A stretch of 64,000 nucleotides of DNA from Thermoanaerobaculia bacterium (GTDB lineage Bacteria > Acidobacteriota > Thermoanaerobaculia > Gp7-AA8), in NCBI GenBank assembly GCA_036261885.1, contig DATAJY010000005.1:152720-216719 (forward strand), in the 5' to 3' direction. This document shows, piece after piece, positions 55,101-63,169 of the stretch; positions within the stretch are counted from its first letter, which is position 1; the number at the start of each line of letters is the position of its first letter. The position numbers and the translations under genes were made by a program. Under the pieces are notes generated by a model. It ran no database searches, was not told where the DNA came from, and was given only the letters and a program-made list of their open reading frames with translations.

Positions 55101-55346
55101 CAGGCGATCGCGAAACAGCAGCAGACCGGCGATCGCAATCGCCAGCACCGCCGCCGCGGCGAGCAATTGCAGCGGCAAACGGCGCGACGCCGGCGAACGA
55201 ATGGCCTCGACGTCTGCCGTGCAGTCATTGCAGTGCCTCAGGTGCGCGAGCACCGGTGCGATCTCCTGCCGCGTCAACTTGCCCTCCGCGAACGCCGCCA
55301 GCGTTTCCGCATCGAGGCACGACCGCTGATTCCTGTCGCGACTCAT
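52137..55346 (-). CDS. membrane anti-sigma factor (zf-HC2) with periplasmic TPR repeats and C-terminal CHAT protease domain (1070 aa)
   Basis: Internal ATG at 55346 overlapping the sigma stop. Zinc-finger 'HLRHCNDC'. TM 'LPLQLLAAAAVLAIAIAGLLLF'. Long TPR-like helical region. CHAT dyad 'VIHLSGHSAND' and 'VVVLAACDT'. Confidence 0.7.
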   Translation of the reverse strand: MSRDRNQRSCLDAETLAAFAEGKLTRQEIAPVLAHLRHCNDCTADVEAIRSPASRRLPLQLLAAAAVLAIAIAGLLLFRDRLSQRDPIRRLVSLSPRSERLIEPRVTGGFPWTPFRGPMRATEGAIDPEQMKLVGAAGEILDQAAHDPSASAQQGAGLALLLTGRPKDAVEKLRAAAEASPNDAKVRSDLAAARLAAAERGRAPSLIPMALADVDAALRIDPRLPEARFNRALILERLGLLQAAREAWQQYLELDASSKWAEEARQHLARLPATTGESQFRSERPRLERAVAAGDVATISSIVQQFRQQSRAFGEGEYLGFWGEAALHADAAEASRQLTIARAIGDALLRISGESLLRDAVRAIDDAAPERRREIAEAHVAYRRGRIAYSRQAPAEAESELRRAAQLFANDPMALVARYYAANTRFDRGDIRGARTELEALLHERRFPALAAHVRWELALCLMNDDDWSGALPLVRDAARAFCDLGESSNCGFLETLQADVLNALGRPDDAWAARIRSFTMLSTSGRGDRLPVSLGGAVQVELRNGQLAVARSLAQLERAAQSRTANDVMSTNTLVRAAVLDAQLGDPRAAAVAAREAAQRAAKISDAGLRARALTDVDFATGAALLADDPRRAAEFLGKAIDGYRTLEAAPFIAECHLLRARARLRVEDRIGARRDLDDGIAAYERQPVRFSDAVSGTGVLDAGSALYREAIELALARGDHDAAFAYADRSLAQIGPATPPATRLALQERLADSGNALLELVVLPHEVIAFCITSDRMEVHRQPVAEETLPALADAAVQGDRNASTSLYDLLIRPAAPLLARANEVIVIADPRLARVPFAALTDSVTRRMFVEQMPLSVAPSASALRAETQRRTPRSMLGVELASEDVGLPGSVEELAEIRRLYASGADLAGERSTLPVFLERARNADVIHLSGHSANDAIAETVLLLGPAERRDRVSWRRLSGASLRHAPVVVLAACDTLRAPHAGPTRALSLGGAFLAAGAGDVIGTLTPVADSDARLFFLTVHRHLAAGAGAAEAVRRAQLESMRDPHRTAWRSVAVLTTRIRRL

Positions 55347-56197
55347 TGCCGATCCTCGGCCGGAGCGGTCCGGTCTTCTTCTACCGACTGCCGGAACGGC
55401 TCCGCTTTCCCGCTCTCGAGTCCGAAGTCCATCTCCTGCGATGCCTCGCCGATGACGCTCGAGAGTGCATTCGCGTCGAGCTCCGCGGCGATGAGCGCGG
55501 CGCGCAGTTTCGCGAGCAGCGTCTGAATGCGGCGATAGAGCGGACGCTGGGGGAGGCGCAGCATGCGCGAGATGTCGGCGATGCTCATGGACGAGCCGTA
55601 ATGGAAGCGAAGGATCATCGCGTCTTCGTCCGCCCACGTGTCGATGGTGCGCCGCACGATCTCGCTCGCACGCGCCGACAGCCGGCGCGCCTCGGCGGAT
55701 AGCGCGCGTCCATCGGCTCGCTCGCGGCTCGGCAGCGCTTGTTCATCGGTGTCCTCCAGTGCGACGGCGCGCAACCGGCCGGGCCGCTGCGGCAGTTGTC
55801 GCGCCATGGCCGCGATTTCCTCATGCGTCAGCGCGTAGCGGGCCTGAACGATCGGGATCACTCCCTCGAGCGGGCGGCCGTCGCGCACGAGCAGTTTCTC
55901 GAGCAGGACACCGCCGGGTCCGAATCGCGTCGCCTCCGCGGAGGGACGCCAACGCCCGAATTCCTCATTGCGTTGATCGGAGAGCAGCCGCCGGATGACG
56001 ACGCTCAGATAGCCGGCCAGTGAGGAGCGCCCTTCCCAGCGGCGAAGAACGACGTAGTCGTTCTCCATCAACGCCAGTCGCGCCGAAGAGGAGAAATCCT
56101 CCGCCTCGGCATCGCGCAGGCGAGCCGATCGACAGACCTCGCGGATGACGCGGTCGATGACCGTCAGGTTGTCCCTGAACAGGCGTTCCGGATCCAT
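55343..56197 (-). CDS. ECF-type sigma-70 factor with C-terminal extension (284 aa)
   Basis: Internal ATG at 56197 ('MDPERLFRDNLTVIDRVIREV...'). Region-4 HTH 'MSIADISRMLRLPQRPLYRRIQTLLAKLR'. Translationally coupled to the anti-sigma gene. Confidence 0.65.
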   Translation of the reverse strand: MDPERLFRDNLTVIDRVIREVCRSARLRDAEAEDFSSSARLALMENDYVVLRRWEGRSSLAGYLSVVIRRLLSDQRNEEFGRWRPSAEATRFGPGGVLLEKLLVRDGRPLEGVIPIVQARYALTHEEIAAMARQLPQRPGRLRAVALEDTDEQALPSRERADGRALSAEARRLSARASEIVRRTIDTWADEDAMILRFHYGSSMSIADISRMLRLPQRPLYRRIQTLLAKLRAALIAAELDANALSSVIGEASQEMDFGLESGKAEPFRQSVEEDRTAPAEDRQ

Positions 56198-56334
56198 TGC
56201 TGAAGGGAAGTACCGAGAAAATGATACGCCGCCTTCCACAAAAACGGCGTGGCGGAATCGTCTTGTACGGGAGCCGATGGAAAAACGCGGGCCTTCGTCA
56301 GTCGTGGTGATGGAGGAGAGAACAATGCCCGCTA

Positions 56335-57344
56335 AAACGTCCAATACGCCCATCACCCCCGCACCGATGATTTATGCGTCGTTGTTCGGCACCTGCAATC
56401 CCAACGATTCCACAATTGCGTCTTACATCGCCGCCGCGACCGATCTCGCGGAGTCGGGATTCGCAACCGTGAACGTGTGGCAGTTTCACGTCGACGGCTC
56501 CGGCAACCTGCTCGTCAATGCCGCCGCACCCGGCCCGGCGCTGATTTCCGGCGGCTCGCTGCAGAGCGGGTTTTCGTACGTTCCGGAAGTCATCGCCGCC
56601 CTCACTGCAGCCGGCGGCAAGGTGACGACCATCCGGGCCACGATCGGCGGCTGGGGACTCGACAACACGTTCAACAACATGGTGCAGCTGATCAATCAAT
56701 TCGGCACCGGACCCGCGAATCCGCTCTATCAGAACTTCGTGGCATTGAAGGCGCTCGGCATCAGCGGCATCGATCTCGATCTCGAGCCGGCCGGCGGAGA
56801 GGTGATTCACGACTATCCGTATTACATCGGCCCGCTCGCGCAATTGATCACCATGATTGCGGAGCTCGGCCTGAGCACGACGTTCTGTCCGTACCAGAAC
56901 GAGAATTTCTGGCTGGTGCTCCTCGCCGCCGTCTGTGCACAGAACGACGGCGCGCAGCCGGTGCAGTCGATGAACGTGCAGTGCTATTCCGGAGGCGCCG
57001 GCAATACACAGAGCGGATGGATCGAGGCGCTGAAACGCTTTCCCTCGCTCGGAATCGGAATGGCCGGAACGGTGGAAGAGACGTTCGGCATCAGCGATCC
57101 GGCCTCGTTCGTCGTTCCCGGATTCGGTGTGCTGTCGTCGGGGCAGCCACAATGCCCGAACGTCATTCAACAGGCATTGACGGCGCAAGGGTTCGCCCGG
57201 AAGGGCATCAGCGCCGCCTATCTGTTCAATTACGCCAACATCCAGACCATTCAGCAGGACGGGAGCTGCCCTGACGACAATGCGACCGCCGATTACGCGA
57301 ATGCACTCATCGCCGGCATCAACGCGGTGAACGGTGTGAGCTGA
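56335..57344 (+). CDS. glycoside hydrolase family 18-like (chitinase-like TIM barrel) protein, no signal peptide (336 aa)
   Basis: GGAGGAG RBS. GH18-like 'TIRATIGGWG' and DxDxE-like 'GISGIDLDLEP'. Ends 20 bp before the S8 protease gene. Confidence 0.5.
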
Positions 57345-57363
57345 GGCTCGCAGGCGATCGCTC

Positions 57364-59235
57364 ATGAATCCCTCAGAAACAACGGTCACGCATTCGGCGT
57401 GGCGTGCGGAGCTCGAACGAATCTCGGCCGGTGCGAGGGGCGACGCGCGCGTGCGTGTGGCGATGATCGACGGGCCGGTCGATCGGACCCATCCGGCATT
57501 ACAGGGCGCCACGCTCGAATTTCTCGAGTCTCCTGCACCGAACGCCTCCGCGTCGCACGGAACGTCGGTCGCCAGCGTGCTGTTCGGCCAGCCGGGAAGC
57601 GCGATTCACGGCATCGTTCCGCACTGTCACGGTCTGATCGTTCCGGTTCTTCGCGAGAGCAATGGAATGCTCGCCGCCTCCCAACTCGATCTGGCGCGCG
57701 GCATCGTGCTGGCGCTGGCTCATCGCGCGTCGATCATCAACATCAGCGCCGGACAATTCGACCCCGGCGGCGAAGCGCATCCTTATCTCGCCGACGCGCT
57801 TCGTCACGCGCGGGAACAGGGCGCGCTCGTGATCGCGGCGGCCGGAAACGACGGCTGCCATTGTCTGCACGTGCCGGCCGCGGATCCGTCGGTGCTGGCG
57901 GTCGGAGCGATCGACGACAGTGGACGTCCGCTGCCGATGAGCAACTGGGGCGCGGCCTATCGCGACCACGGCATCGTCGCACCGGGAAGCGTTCTCAGTG
58001 CCCAGACCGGCGGTGGAGCGGCTGTACACACCGGCACGAGCTGGGCCACCGCCGTCGTCTCCGGCTTCGCTGCGCTGCTCTTGTGCGAGCAACTGCAGTG
58101 CGGCGATGAGCCGGACGTGCGTCGCGTGCGCGAGGCCATTCTCGAGACCGCGGACCGCTGTCATGAAGAGACGGACCACGACTGTCAACGCTTGCTCGAG
58201 GGACGGCTCAATGCAGCCGCCGCCTGGAGACGAATCAGGGAGAGAAGGAGGACACCGATGATCGAGGAGATGCAGTCTGTCGTACCGGCCGCAATGGCCG
58301 TACCGATTTCCACTTTTGAGGTGGCCGCGGGCCCGGCGCCGCCGCCACGCGTCACGCCGAGCTGCGGATGCGGCGGAGGAAGTGCCGACTCCTGCAGTTG
58401 CCGCGACAAGGAAAAACCGGCGCCGGAGAGCAGCTGTGCGTCGAAGAAAGCTCCCCCTCCGCTCGTCTATGCGCTCGGCCAGCTCGGCTACGATTTCGCG
58501 AGCGAAGCGCGGCGCGACTCACTGATCCAGCAGGGGCTCCACAATCCCTACGATCCGGTGCAACTGCTCAATCATCTGGAGTCCAATCCCGCCGCGGCCG
58601 CCGCCGTCACCTGGACGCTCGTGCAGGATTCGACGCCGATTTACGCGATTCAACCGGTGGGACCGTTTGCGGCGGAGACGTATGCACTGCTGCGCAAATT
58701 TCTCGGACAGCAGCTGCACGAAGGCGTCGAACGGATTTCGGTGCCGGGGTGGGTCGGCGGAAAAGGCGCGCTGTCCAATGGGCAGATCCTGCCGGTAATC
58801 GTGCCGGACCCGCGCGGTATGTTCAGCTGGACGACGCGCGCGCTGCTCGAAGCGGTGCTCGGTTCGCGCGAAGACGAGGAGAGCTCGCGCGAGCGCGCCA
58901 GCGAACTGGCGAACTTTCTCGATCGCATCTACTTCGAAGTGCGCAACCTCGGCCTGCTGCCGCAGGAGCGGGCCATCAATTACGCCGCCACGAACGCGTT
59001 CCAGCTCGGCGAGGTCTACACCCGCAATGCGAAAGCGGGCCTCAAGCTCGACGTCATCGGCGCCGAGCGCAGCCCGATCTGCAGACCGGAGTCCGACTGC
59101 TGGGACGTGAAGCTGACGTTCTTCCATCCCGCGCGGCGGCTGGAACAGGCGAGAGAAGTGTTCCGCGTGACCGTCGATGTGAGCGACGTCGTTCCCGTGA
59201 CGGTCGGCCCCGTGCGGAGCTGGCACGTCTACTGA
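57364..59235 (+). CDS. cytoplasmic S8 (subtilisin-family) serine peptidase with Cys-rich linker and PatA/PatG-like C-terminal domain (623 aa)
   Basis: Catalytic triad contexts 'VAMIDGPVD' (Asp), 'SHGTSVASV' (His) and 'GTSWATAVVSG' (Ser). No signal peptide. Linker 'SCGCGGGSADSCSCRDKEK'. C-domain motif 'LVYALGQLGYDFASEARRDSL', which I recall as characteristic of the cyanobactin-protease PatA/PatG C-terminal domain (from memory, unverified). Confidence 0.75.
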   Translation: MNPSETTVTHSAWRAELERISAGARGDARVRVAMIDGPVDRTHPALQGATLEFLESPAPNASASHGTSVASVLFGQPGSAIHGIVPHCHGLIVPVLRESNGMLAASQLDLARGIVLALAHRASIINISAGQFDPGGEAHPYLADALRHAREQGALVIAAAGNDGCHCLHVPAADPSVLAVGAIDDSGRPLPMSNWGAAYRDHGIVAPGSVLSAQTGGGAAVHTGTSWATAVVSGFAALLLCEQLQCGDEPDVRRVREAILETADRCHEETDHDCQRLLEGRLNAAAAWRRIRERRRTPMIEEMQSVVPAAMAVPISTFEVAAGPAPPPRVTPSCGCGGGSADSCSCRDKEKPAPESSCASKKAPPPLVYALGQLGYDFASEARRDSLIQQGLHNPYDPVQLLNHLESNPAAAAAVTWTLVQDSTPIYAIQPVGPFAAETYALLRKFLGQQLHEGVERISVPGWVGGKGALSNGQILPVIVPDPRGMFSWTTRALLEAVLGSREDEESSRERASELANFLDRIYFEVRNLGLLPQERAINYAATNAFQLGEVYTRNAKAGLKLDVIGAERSPICRPESDCWDVKLTFFHPARRLEQAREVFRVTVDVSDVVPVTVGPVRSWHVY

Positions 59236-59265
59236 GAATTTTCCCGACAAACGAAAGGAGCGATC

Positions 59266-59589
59266 ATGGACATCCCGATTCAAGCGTCACCCGCGCGGCG
59301 CGGCACGATGCAGCGCATTCCTCTCCACGACGACGCGGCCGTTCTGGCCGCATGCAGTCTGTCCGAGCAGATCAGCTGTTGTGCGCTGGCGGCGGGTCTC
59401 GTCGCCGCGTGCGCCTCCGTCGGAACCGGCATCGGCATCATCGCCTGCGCGGCCGCCATCGGTGGCTACGTCGGCTCCGATTGCGAAGACTGCGCGTGTG
59501 GCGAGCCGCTGCGCGCGAGCGTCTGTGGCTGGGTCGACATCATCAACAGCATCGCGCCCAACACCATCCCGGTGCCGTCGTTCTGCTGA
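59266..59589 (+). CDS. small Cys-rich hydrophobic peptide, putative RiPP/bacteriocin precursor A (107 aa, 10 Cys)
   Basis: Strong RBS 'aaaggagcgatcATG'. Leader-like 'MDIPIQASPARRGTMQRIPLHDD', then Cys/Gly/Ala-rich core 'ISCCALAAGLVAACASVGTGIGIIACAAAIGGYVGSDCEDCACGE...SVCGW...SFC'. Confidence 0.55.
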   Translation: MDIPIQASPARRGTMQRIPLHDDAAVLAACSLSEQISCCALAAGLVAACASVGTGIGIIACAAAIGGYVGSDCEDCACGEPLRASVCGWVDIINSIAPNTIPVPSFC

Positions 59590-59600
59590 AGGAGGCAACG

Positions 59601-59822
59601 ATGAATCTTCCCAATCAAGTCCCCTCTGTCGCCAGGTCCGGCGCCGCAACGAGCATCCCGCCGGCCGTGCTCGCACAAGGCTGCTCCGTCGGCCAGGGCT
59701 TCCTCTGCGCCGGCACCATCCTCGCGTGCCTCGGCGCCTGCTGCTCCGGCCTCTGCCTCCTGTCTCCGCTCTGCATCGCCTGCATGGGCGGCGCATACAC
59801 GGAATGCAAAGACTGCTTCTAG
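59601..59822 (+). CDS. small Cys-rich hydrophobic peptide, putative RiPP/bacteriocin precursor B (73 aa, 10 Cys)
   Basis: RBS 'gaaggaggcaacgATG'. Leader 'MNLPNQVPSVARSG' is paralogous to peptide A's 'MDIPIQASPARRG'. Core 'GCSVGQGFLCAGTILACLGACCSGLCLLSPLCIACMGGAYTECKDCF'. Confidence 0.55.
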   Translation: MNLPNQVPSVARSGAATSIPPAVLAQGCSVGQGFLCAGTILACLGACCSGLCLLSPLCIACMGGAYTECKDCF

Positions 59823-59833
59823 AGACCGCATGC

Positions 59834-59866
59834 GTGACGACGGACGCGAATGACGGCCGTCGTCAC
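59834..59866. terminator. bidirectional terminator-like hairpin between convergent genes
   Basis: GTGACGACGG ... CCGTCGTCAC 10-bp stem, between the peptide B stop and the hydroxylase stop. Confidence 0.45.
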
Positions 59867-60708
59867 GCTGCATTCCGTCGCGTGCGACTCCTCCCGGTCA
59901 CGATCGCCGATGGCGCGGAGCGAAACGGCAGCGTGAGGAGCCAGCGCAGCGTTTGCCGCGTCTGATTTTGCAGATCCGGCAACCCGATTCCGGGATGCTC
60001 GCTGCTCGCTTCGACGCGATACGTGCCGAACAGCCGGTCCCACCACGGAATGCTGAAGCCGAAATTCGTATCGCGATCGCGGCGCTCCGCCGAATGGTGG
60101 ATCGAGTGCATGGCCGGCGTCACGATCAACCAGCGCAGCGCGCGATCGATGCGGCGGGGAAGGTGGACGTTCGCGTGATTGAACAGCGACGTCACCGCCA
60201 GCAGCGTTTCGAACACGATCACGGCCGGCACGCTGGCGCCGATCACCGAGACCGCGGCGAGCTTGATGCCCATCGATAACAGCAGTTCGAGCGGATGAAA
60301 ACGCGAGCCGAGGGTCACGTCGAAATCGATGTCGGTGTGGTGCACCTTGTGGATGGCGAAGAGGAGCGGAACGGAATGAAAGAGCACGTGCTGCGCGTAA
60401 ATCACGAGATCGAGCAACACGATCGCCAGTACGAATTCCATCGCCGCGGGCCAGTTCGCCACCTGCAGCAAACCGGCGCCGTTCGTCGCCGACCAGAGCG
60501 CCGCACTGACGGCGCCGATCGGGAAGAGCAAGCGCAGGACGGCCGTATTCAGCAGCGTCAGGCCAAGGTTGGAAACCCAGCGGCTGCGGCGTGCGACGCG
60601 GCGCGGCCGCTCCTCGAACACCGTTTCCGCGACGGCCATGACGACGAATACGGCGACGCACGATCCGGCGCGCAACATCGCGGCGTCGCCTTCGAGCCAG
60701 CCGTTCAT
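59863..60708 (-). CDS. fatty-acid hydroxylase / sterol desaturase superfamily membrane enzyme (281 aa)
   Basis: Internal ATG at 60708 overlapping the ArsR-rhodanese stop. His boxes 'HSVPLLFAIHKVHHTD' and 'HSIHHSAERRD'. Hydrophobic N-half. Confidence 0.7.
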   Translation of the reverse strand: MNGWLEGDAAMLRAGSCVAVFVVMAVAETVFEERPRRVARRSRWVSNLGLTLLNTAVLRLLFPIGAVSAALWSATNGAGLLQVANWPAAMEFVLAIVLLDLVIYAQHVLFHSVPLLFAIHKVHHTDIDFDVTLGSRFHPLELLLSMGIKLAAVSVIGASVPAVIVFETLLAVTSLFNHANVHLPRRIDRALRWLIVTPAMHSIHHSAERRDRDTNFGFSIPWWDRLFGTYRVEASSEHPGIGLPDLQNQTRQTLRWLLTLPFRSAPSAIVTGRSRTRRNAA

Positions 60709-61385
60709 CCGCGCCTCGCCGCCGGCTTGTCGCCGGCCACGACCTTCAATCCCGCCGCTCGCCATTCGAGCACGCCTTCTTCGAGCCGCTTTGCGCGGAA
60801 GCCGCGCCGCGACAGCAGCCGCACGGCGTCGGCCGAGAGCATGCAATACGGACCGCGGCAATACGCCACGACCTCCTGATCCTTCGGCAGCTCTTTGAGG
60901 CGCGCCGCAAGTTCCTCGAGCGGAATCGAAACCGCGCCGGAGAGGTGGCCGGCGATGTATTCCTCGCGCGGACGGACGTCGATGAGCATCGCTTCGCTCG
61001 AGCGCAGCCGGGAGACGAGCGCCTGCCGGTCGACGCTTTCGATCCCTTTCGTTTTCGCGAGCAGCGCCGCGCGCGCCTCCTGCAGTTCTTCGAGCTGGGA
61101 TTCGCCGAGCTCGCGCAATCGCACGAGCAGATCGCCAACGCCGTCATTGGCCAGGCGATACGTCACGAACAGTCCCTGCTTTTCGGAGACGACGAGTTGG
61201 GCCTGCCGGAGCAGCTGCAGATGTTGCGAGGCGTTGGCGACGGTCTGTCCCGTAGCCACGGCCAGCCGTTCCACCGTTCGCGGCCCCTGCGACAGCGCAT
61301 CGAGCATCTCCACCCGCTTCGGTGCGGCAAACGCTTTTCCGAGCCGGGCCAGCTGCGCGAAGAGTGTTTCCTTCGGTTCGGTCAC
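60705..61385 (-). CDS. ArsR/SmtB-family HTH regulator fused to a rhodanese (sulfurtransferase) domain (226 aa)
   Basis: Winged-helix 'VEMLDALSQGPRTVERLAVATGQTVANASQHLQLLRQAQLV'. Rhodanese 'LIDVRPREEYIAGHLSGAVSIP' with active-site loop 'VVAYCRGPYC'. GTG start. Confidence 0.7.
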   Translation of the reverse strand: MTEPKETLFAQLARLGKAFAAPKRVEMLDALSQGPRTVERLAVATGQTVANASQHLQLLRQAQLVVSEKQGLFVTYRLANDGVGDLLVRLRELGESQLEELQEARAALLAKTKGIESVDRQALVSRLRSSEAMLIDVRPREEYIAGHLSGAVSIPLEELAARLKELPKDQEVVAYCRGPYCMLSADAVRLLSRRGFRAKRLEEGVLEWRAAGLKVVAGDKPAARRG

Positions 61386-61440
61386 GGCGGTAATCTAGTC
61401 GTTGGTTGAATATTAATCAAGTAATGACTTGAGTAATGAC
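61386..61440. promoter_or_regulatory. AT-rich promoter/operator with inverted repeats upstream of the ArsR-rhodanese gene
   Basis: 'taatctagtcgttggttgaatattaatcaagtaatgacttgagtaatgac' holds a perfect palindrome TCAAGT-aatg-ACTTGA and an imperfect TTGAATATTAATCAA, at ~30% GC against a 70% GC background. Confidence 0.45.
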
Positions 61441-61475
61441 GAGGGCGCGACGAGCAACGTCCGGATGACCACGGT

Positions 61476-62318
61476 CTACGTGGTGCGGTCGAGGAACCGG
61501 CTGCGCGCGCGCTTGCTGATGGCGTTGATCCCCGTGACCAGTACGAAGAGCAGGAGGATGAGCGCCAGGGCCTCGCGGTATTCGAAGAGCTGGAACGCGC
61601 TCATGATCTCGAGGCCGATTCCGCCGGCGCCGATCACGCCCATGACCGTGGCCGCGCGCACGTTGTGTTCCCAGCGGTAGAGCGTGACGTCGACGGCGCG
61701 CGGAAGGATCTGCGGCAGCACGGCGAATCGCATCACGCCGAGACTCGAAACGCCCTGGCTCTTCAACGCATCGCCGGGCACGGGATCGACGTGTTCGAGA
61801 ATCTCGGCGTAGAACTCGCCGAGCATTCCGGTCGAATGAATGGCCAGCGCCAGCGCGCCGGGGAGCGCGCCGAATCCGACTGCCGCGACGCAGGCGATGC
61901 CCCAGACCACGAGCGGAATGGAGCGGAAGATGTTGAGGATCGTGCGGACGACGCCGGCGAGCGACGGCAGACCGGCACGGCCGGAGGCGAGCGCGCCGAG
62001 GGGAATCGCGGCGAGGGAGGCGATGACGGTTCCGGCCACGCTCATGGCCAGCGTATCGAGAAGCGGCTGGCCCCAGTTCCGCCAGCGGCTGAAATCGGGA
62101 GGGAGTGCATCGCGCAGCAGCGTGAAGATCGTGCGCGAGGCATCGCTGTAGCGCGCGAGATGAAAGAGATCGGCCACGTAGAGCGCCAGCGCGATTACGG
62201 CGAGGATGCTGATGGTCAGCGCGCGTTTTCCGAAACGGCCGCGACGACGCGAGACGAGGATCTCTCCAAGACCGATGGCGTCGGCCGAGCCGGGTCGTCG
62301 CAGCGGCACGGTGGTCAT
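61476..62318 (-). CDS. phnE: phosphonate/phosphite-type ABC transporter permease (PhnE-like, 280 aa)
   Basis: Internal ATG at 62318 overlapping the phnD stop. Six TM segments. Permease 'EAA-like' loop region 'LKSQGVSSLGVMRFAVLPQILP'. Confidence 0.7.
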   Translation of the reverse strand: MTTVPLRRPGSADAIGLGEILVSRRRGRFGKRALTISILAVIALALYVADLFHLARYSDASRTIFTLLRDALPPDFSRWRNWGQPLLDTLAMSVAGTVIASLAAIPLGALASGRAGLPSLAGVVRTILNIFRSIPLVVWGIACVAAVGFGALPGALALAIHSTGMLGEFYAEILEHVDPVPGDALKSQGVSSLGVMRFAVLPQILPRAVDVTLYRWEHNVRAATVMGVIGAGGIGLEIMSAFQLFEYREALALILLLFVLVTGINAISKRARSRFLDRTT

Positions 62319-63169
62319 CGCGTCGCCGCCTCCACCGCGGCCACCCAGCGGCGTACGACGTCGACGTCGCTGTCCGTGGCCGGCACGAATGCGTCGGCGC
62401 GGAAGACGTTCAGCGCCGCCGGATCGCGCACGTTGAGAAACGCATTGCGCACTTCGTCGCGGAACGCGGGATCGAGACCGTCGCGGAACGTCCACATGTA
62501 TTCGGGAATCGGCGGCGATTCGGCGAGCACGCGCACCGCGCCGGCAGCGATCTTCTTTTCGCGGATCAACCGCTGATAGATCGGCAGGCTCAGTCCACCC
62601 GCGGCGACGCGGTGATTCGCCACCGCGAGCGCGACCGCATCGTGCGCGCCGAGAATGCGCGGGGTGAAGTCGCGTCGCGGCATCAATCCGGCTGCGACCA
62701 GCTGATATTGCGGAACCCATGTGCCGGAGGTGGAAGCGGGATCGCCGAACGCGATCTCTTTTCCTTTCAGATCGGCCAACGTCTTCGCGGTGCTGTCCGC
62801 CGGCACGATGAGGACCGCCTGAAACGTGGCGCCGACACCGGCGTGCGTCGGCCGTGCGAACGGAACGAGCTTCACGTTGCGGCTTTGCTTGATGTAGGTG
62901 ACGGGCCCGAGGTACGCGATGTCGATTCGTCCGAAGCGGAGTGCTTCGCCGGTCGCCGCGTAGTTCGCGCCGACCATCAGCCGCACCGGAAGGCCGAGCC
63001 GCTTTTCCAGGTACGCGCGCATCGGTTCGTTCAGACGGATCACGGTCGGCGCCGACTCACCGGGCAGGAGCCCGATCGTCAACGCGGAGGGGCGTTTCGT
63101 CTGGCCGGACGTCGTGACGATCACGGTCAGCGCGGCGAAGAGGACCAGCTTTCGCGCGATCGCGTTCAT
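62315..63169 (-). CDS. phnD: phosphonate/phosphite-type ABC transporter substrate-binding protein (PhnD-like, 284 aa)
   Basis: Signal peptide 'MNAIARKLVLFAALTVIVTTSG'. 'LTIGLLPGESA...GRIDIAYLGPVTY...FGDPASTSGTWVPQ' is typical of the PhnD/SsuA fold. ATGA overlaps at both ends. Confidence 0.65.
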   Translation of the reverse strand: MNAIARKLVLFAALTVIVTTSGQTKRPSALTIGLLPGESAPTVIRLNEPMRAYLEKRLGLPVRLMVGANYAATGEALRFGRIDIAYLGPVTYIKQSRNVKLVPFARPTHAGVGATFQAVLIVPADSTAKTLADLKGKEIAFGDPASTSGTWVPQYQLVAAGLMPRRDFTPRILGAHDAVALAVANHRVAAGGLSLPIYQRLIREKKIAAGAVRVLAESPPIPEYMWTFRDGLDPAFRDEVRNAFLNVRDPAALNVFRADAFVPATDSDVDVVRRWVAAVEAATR

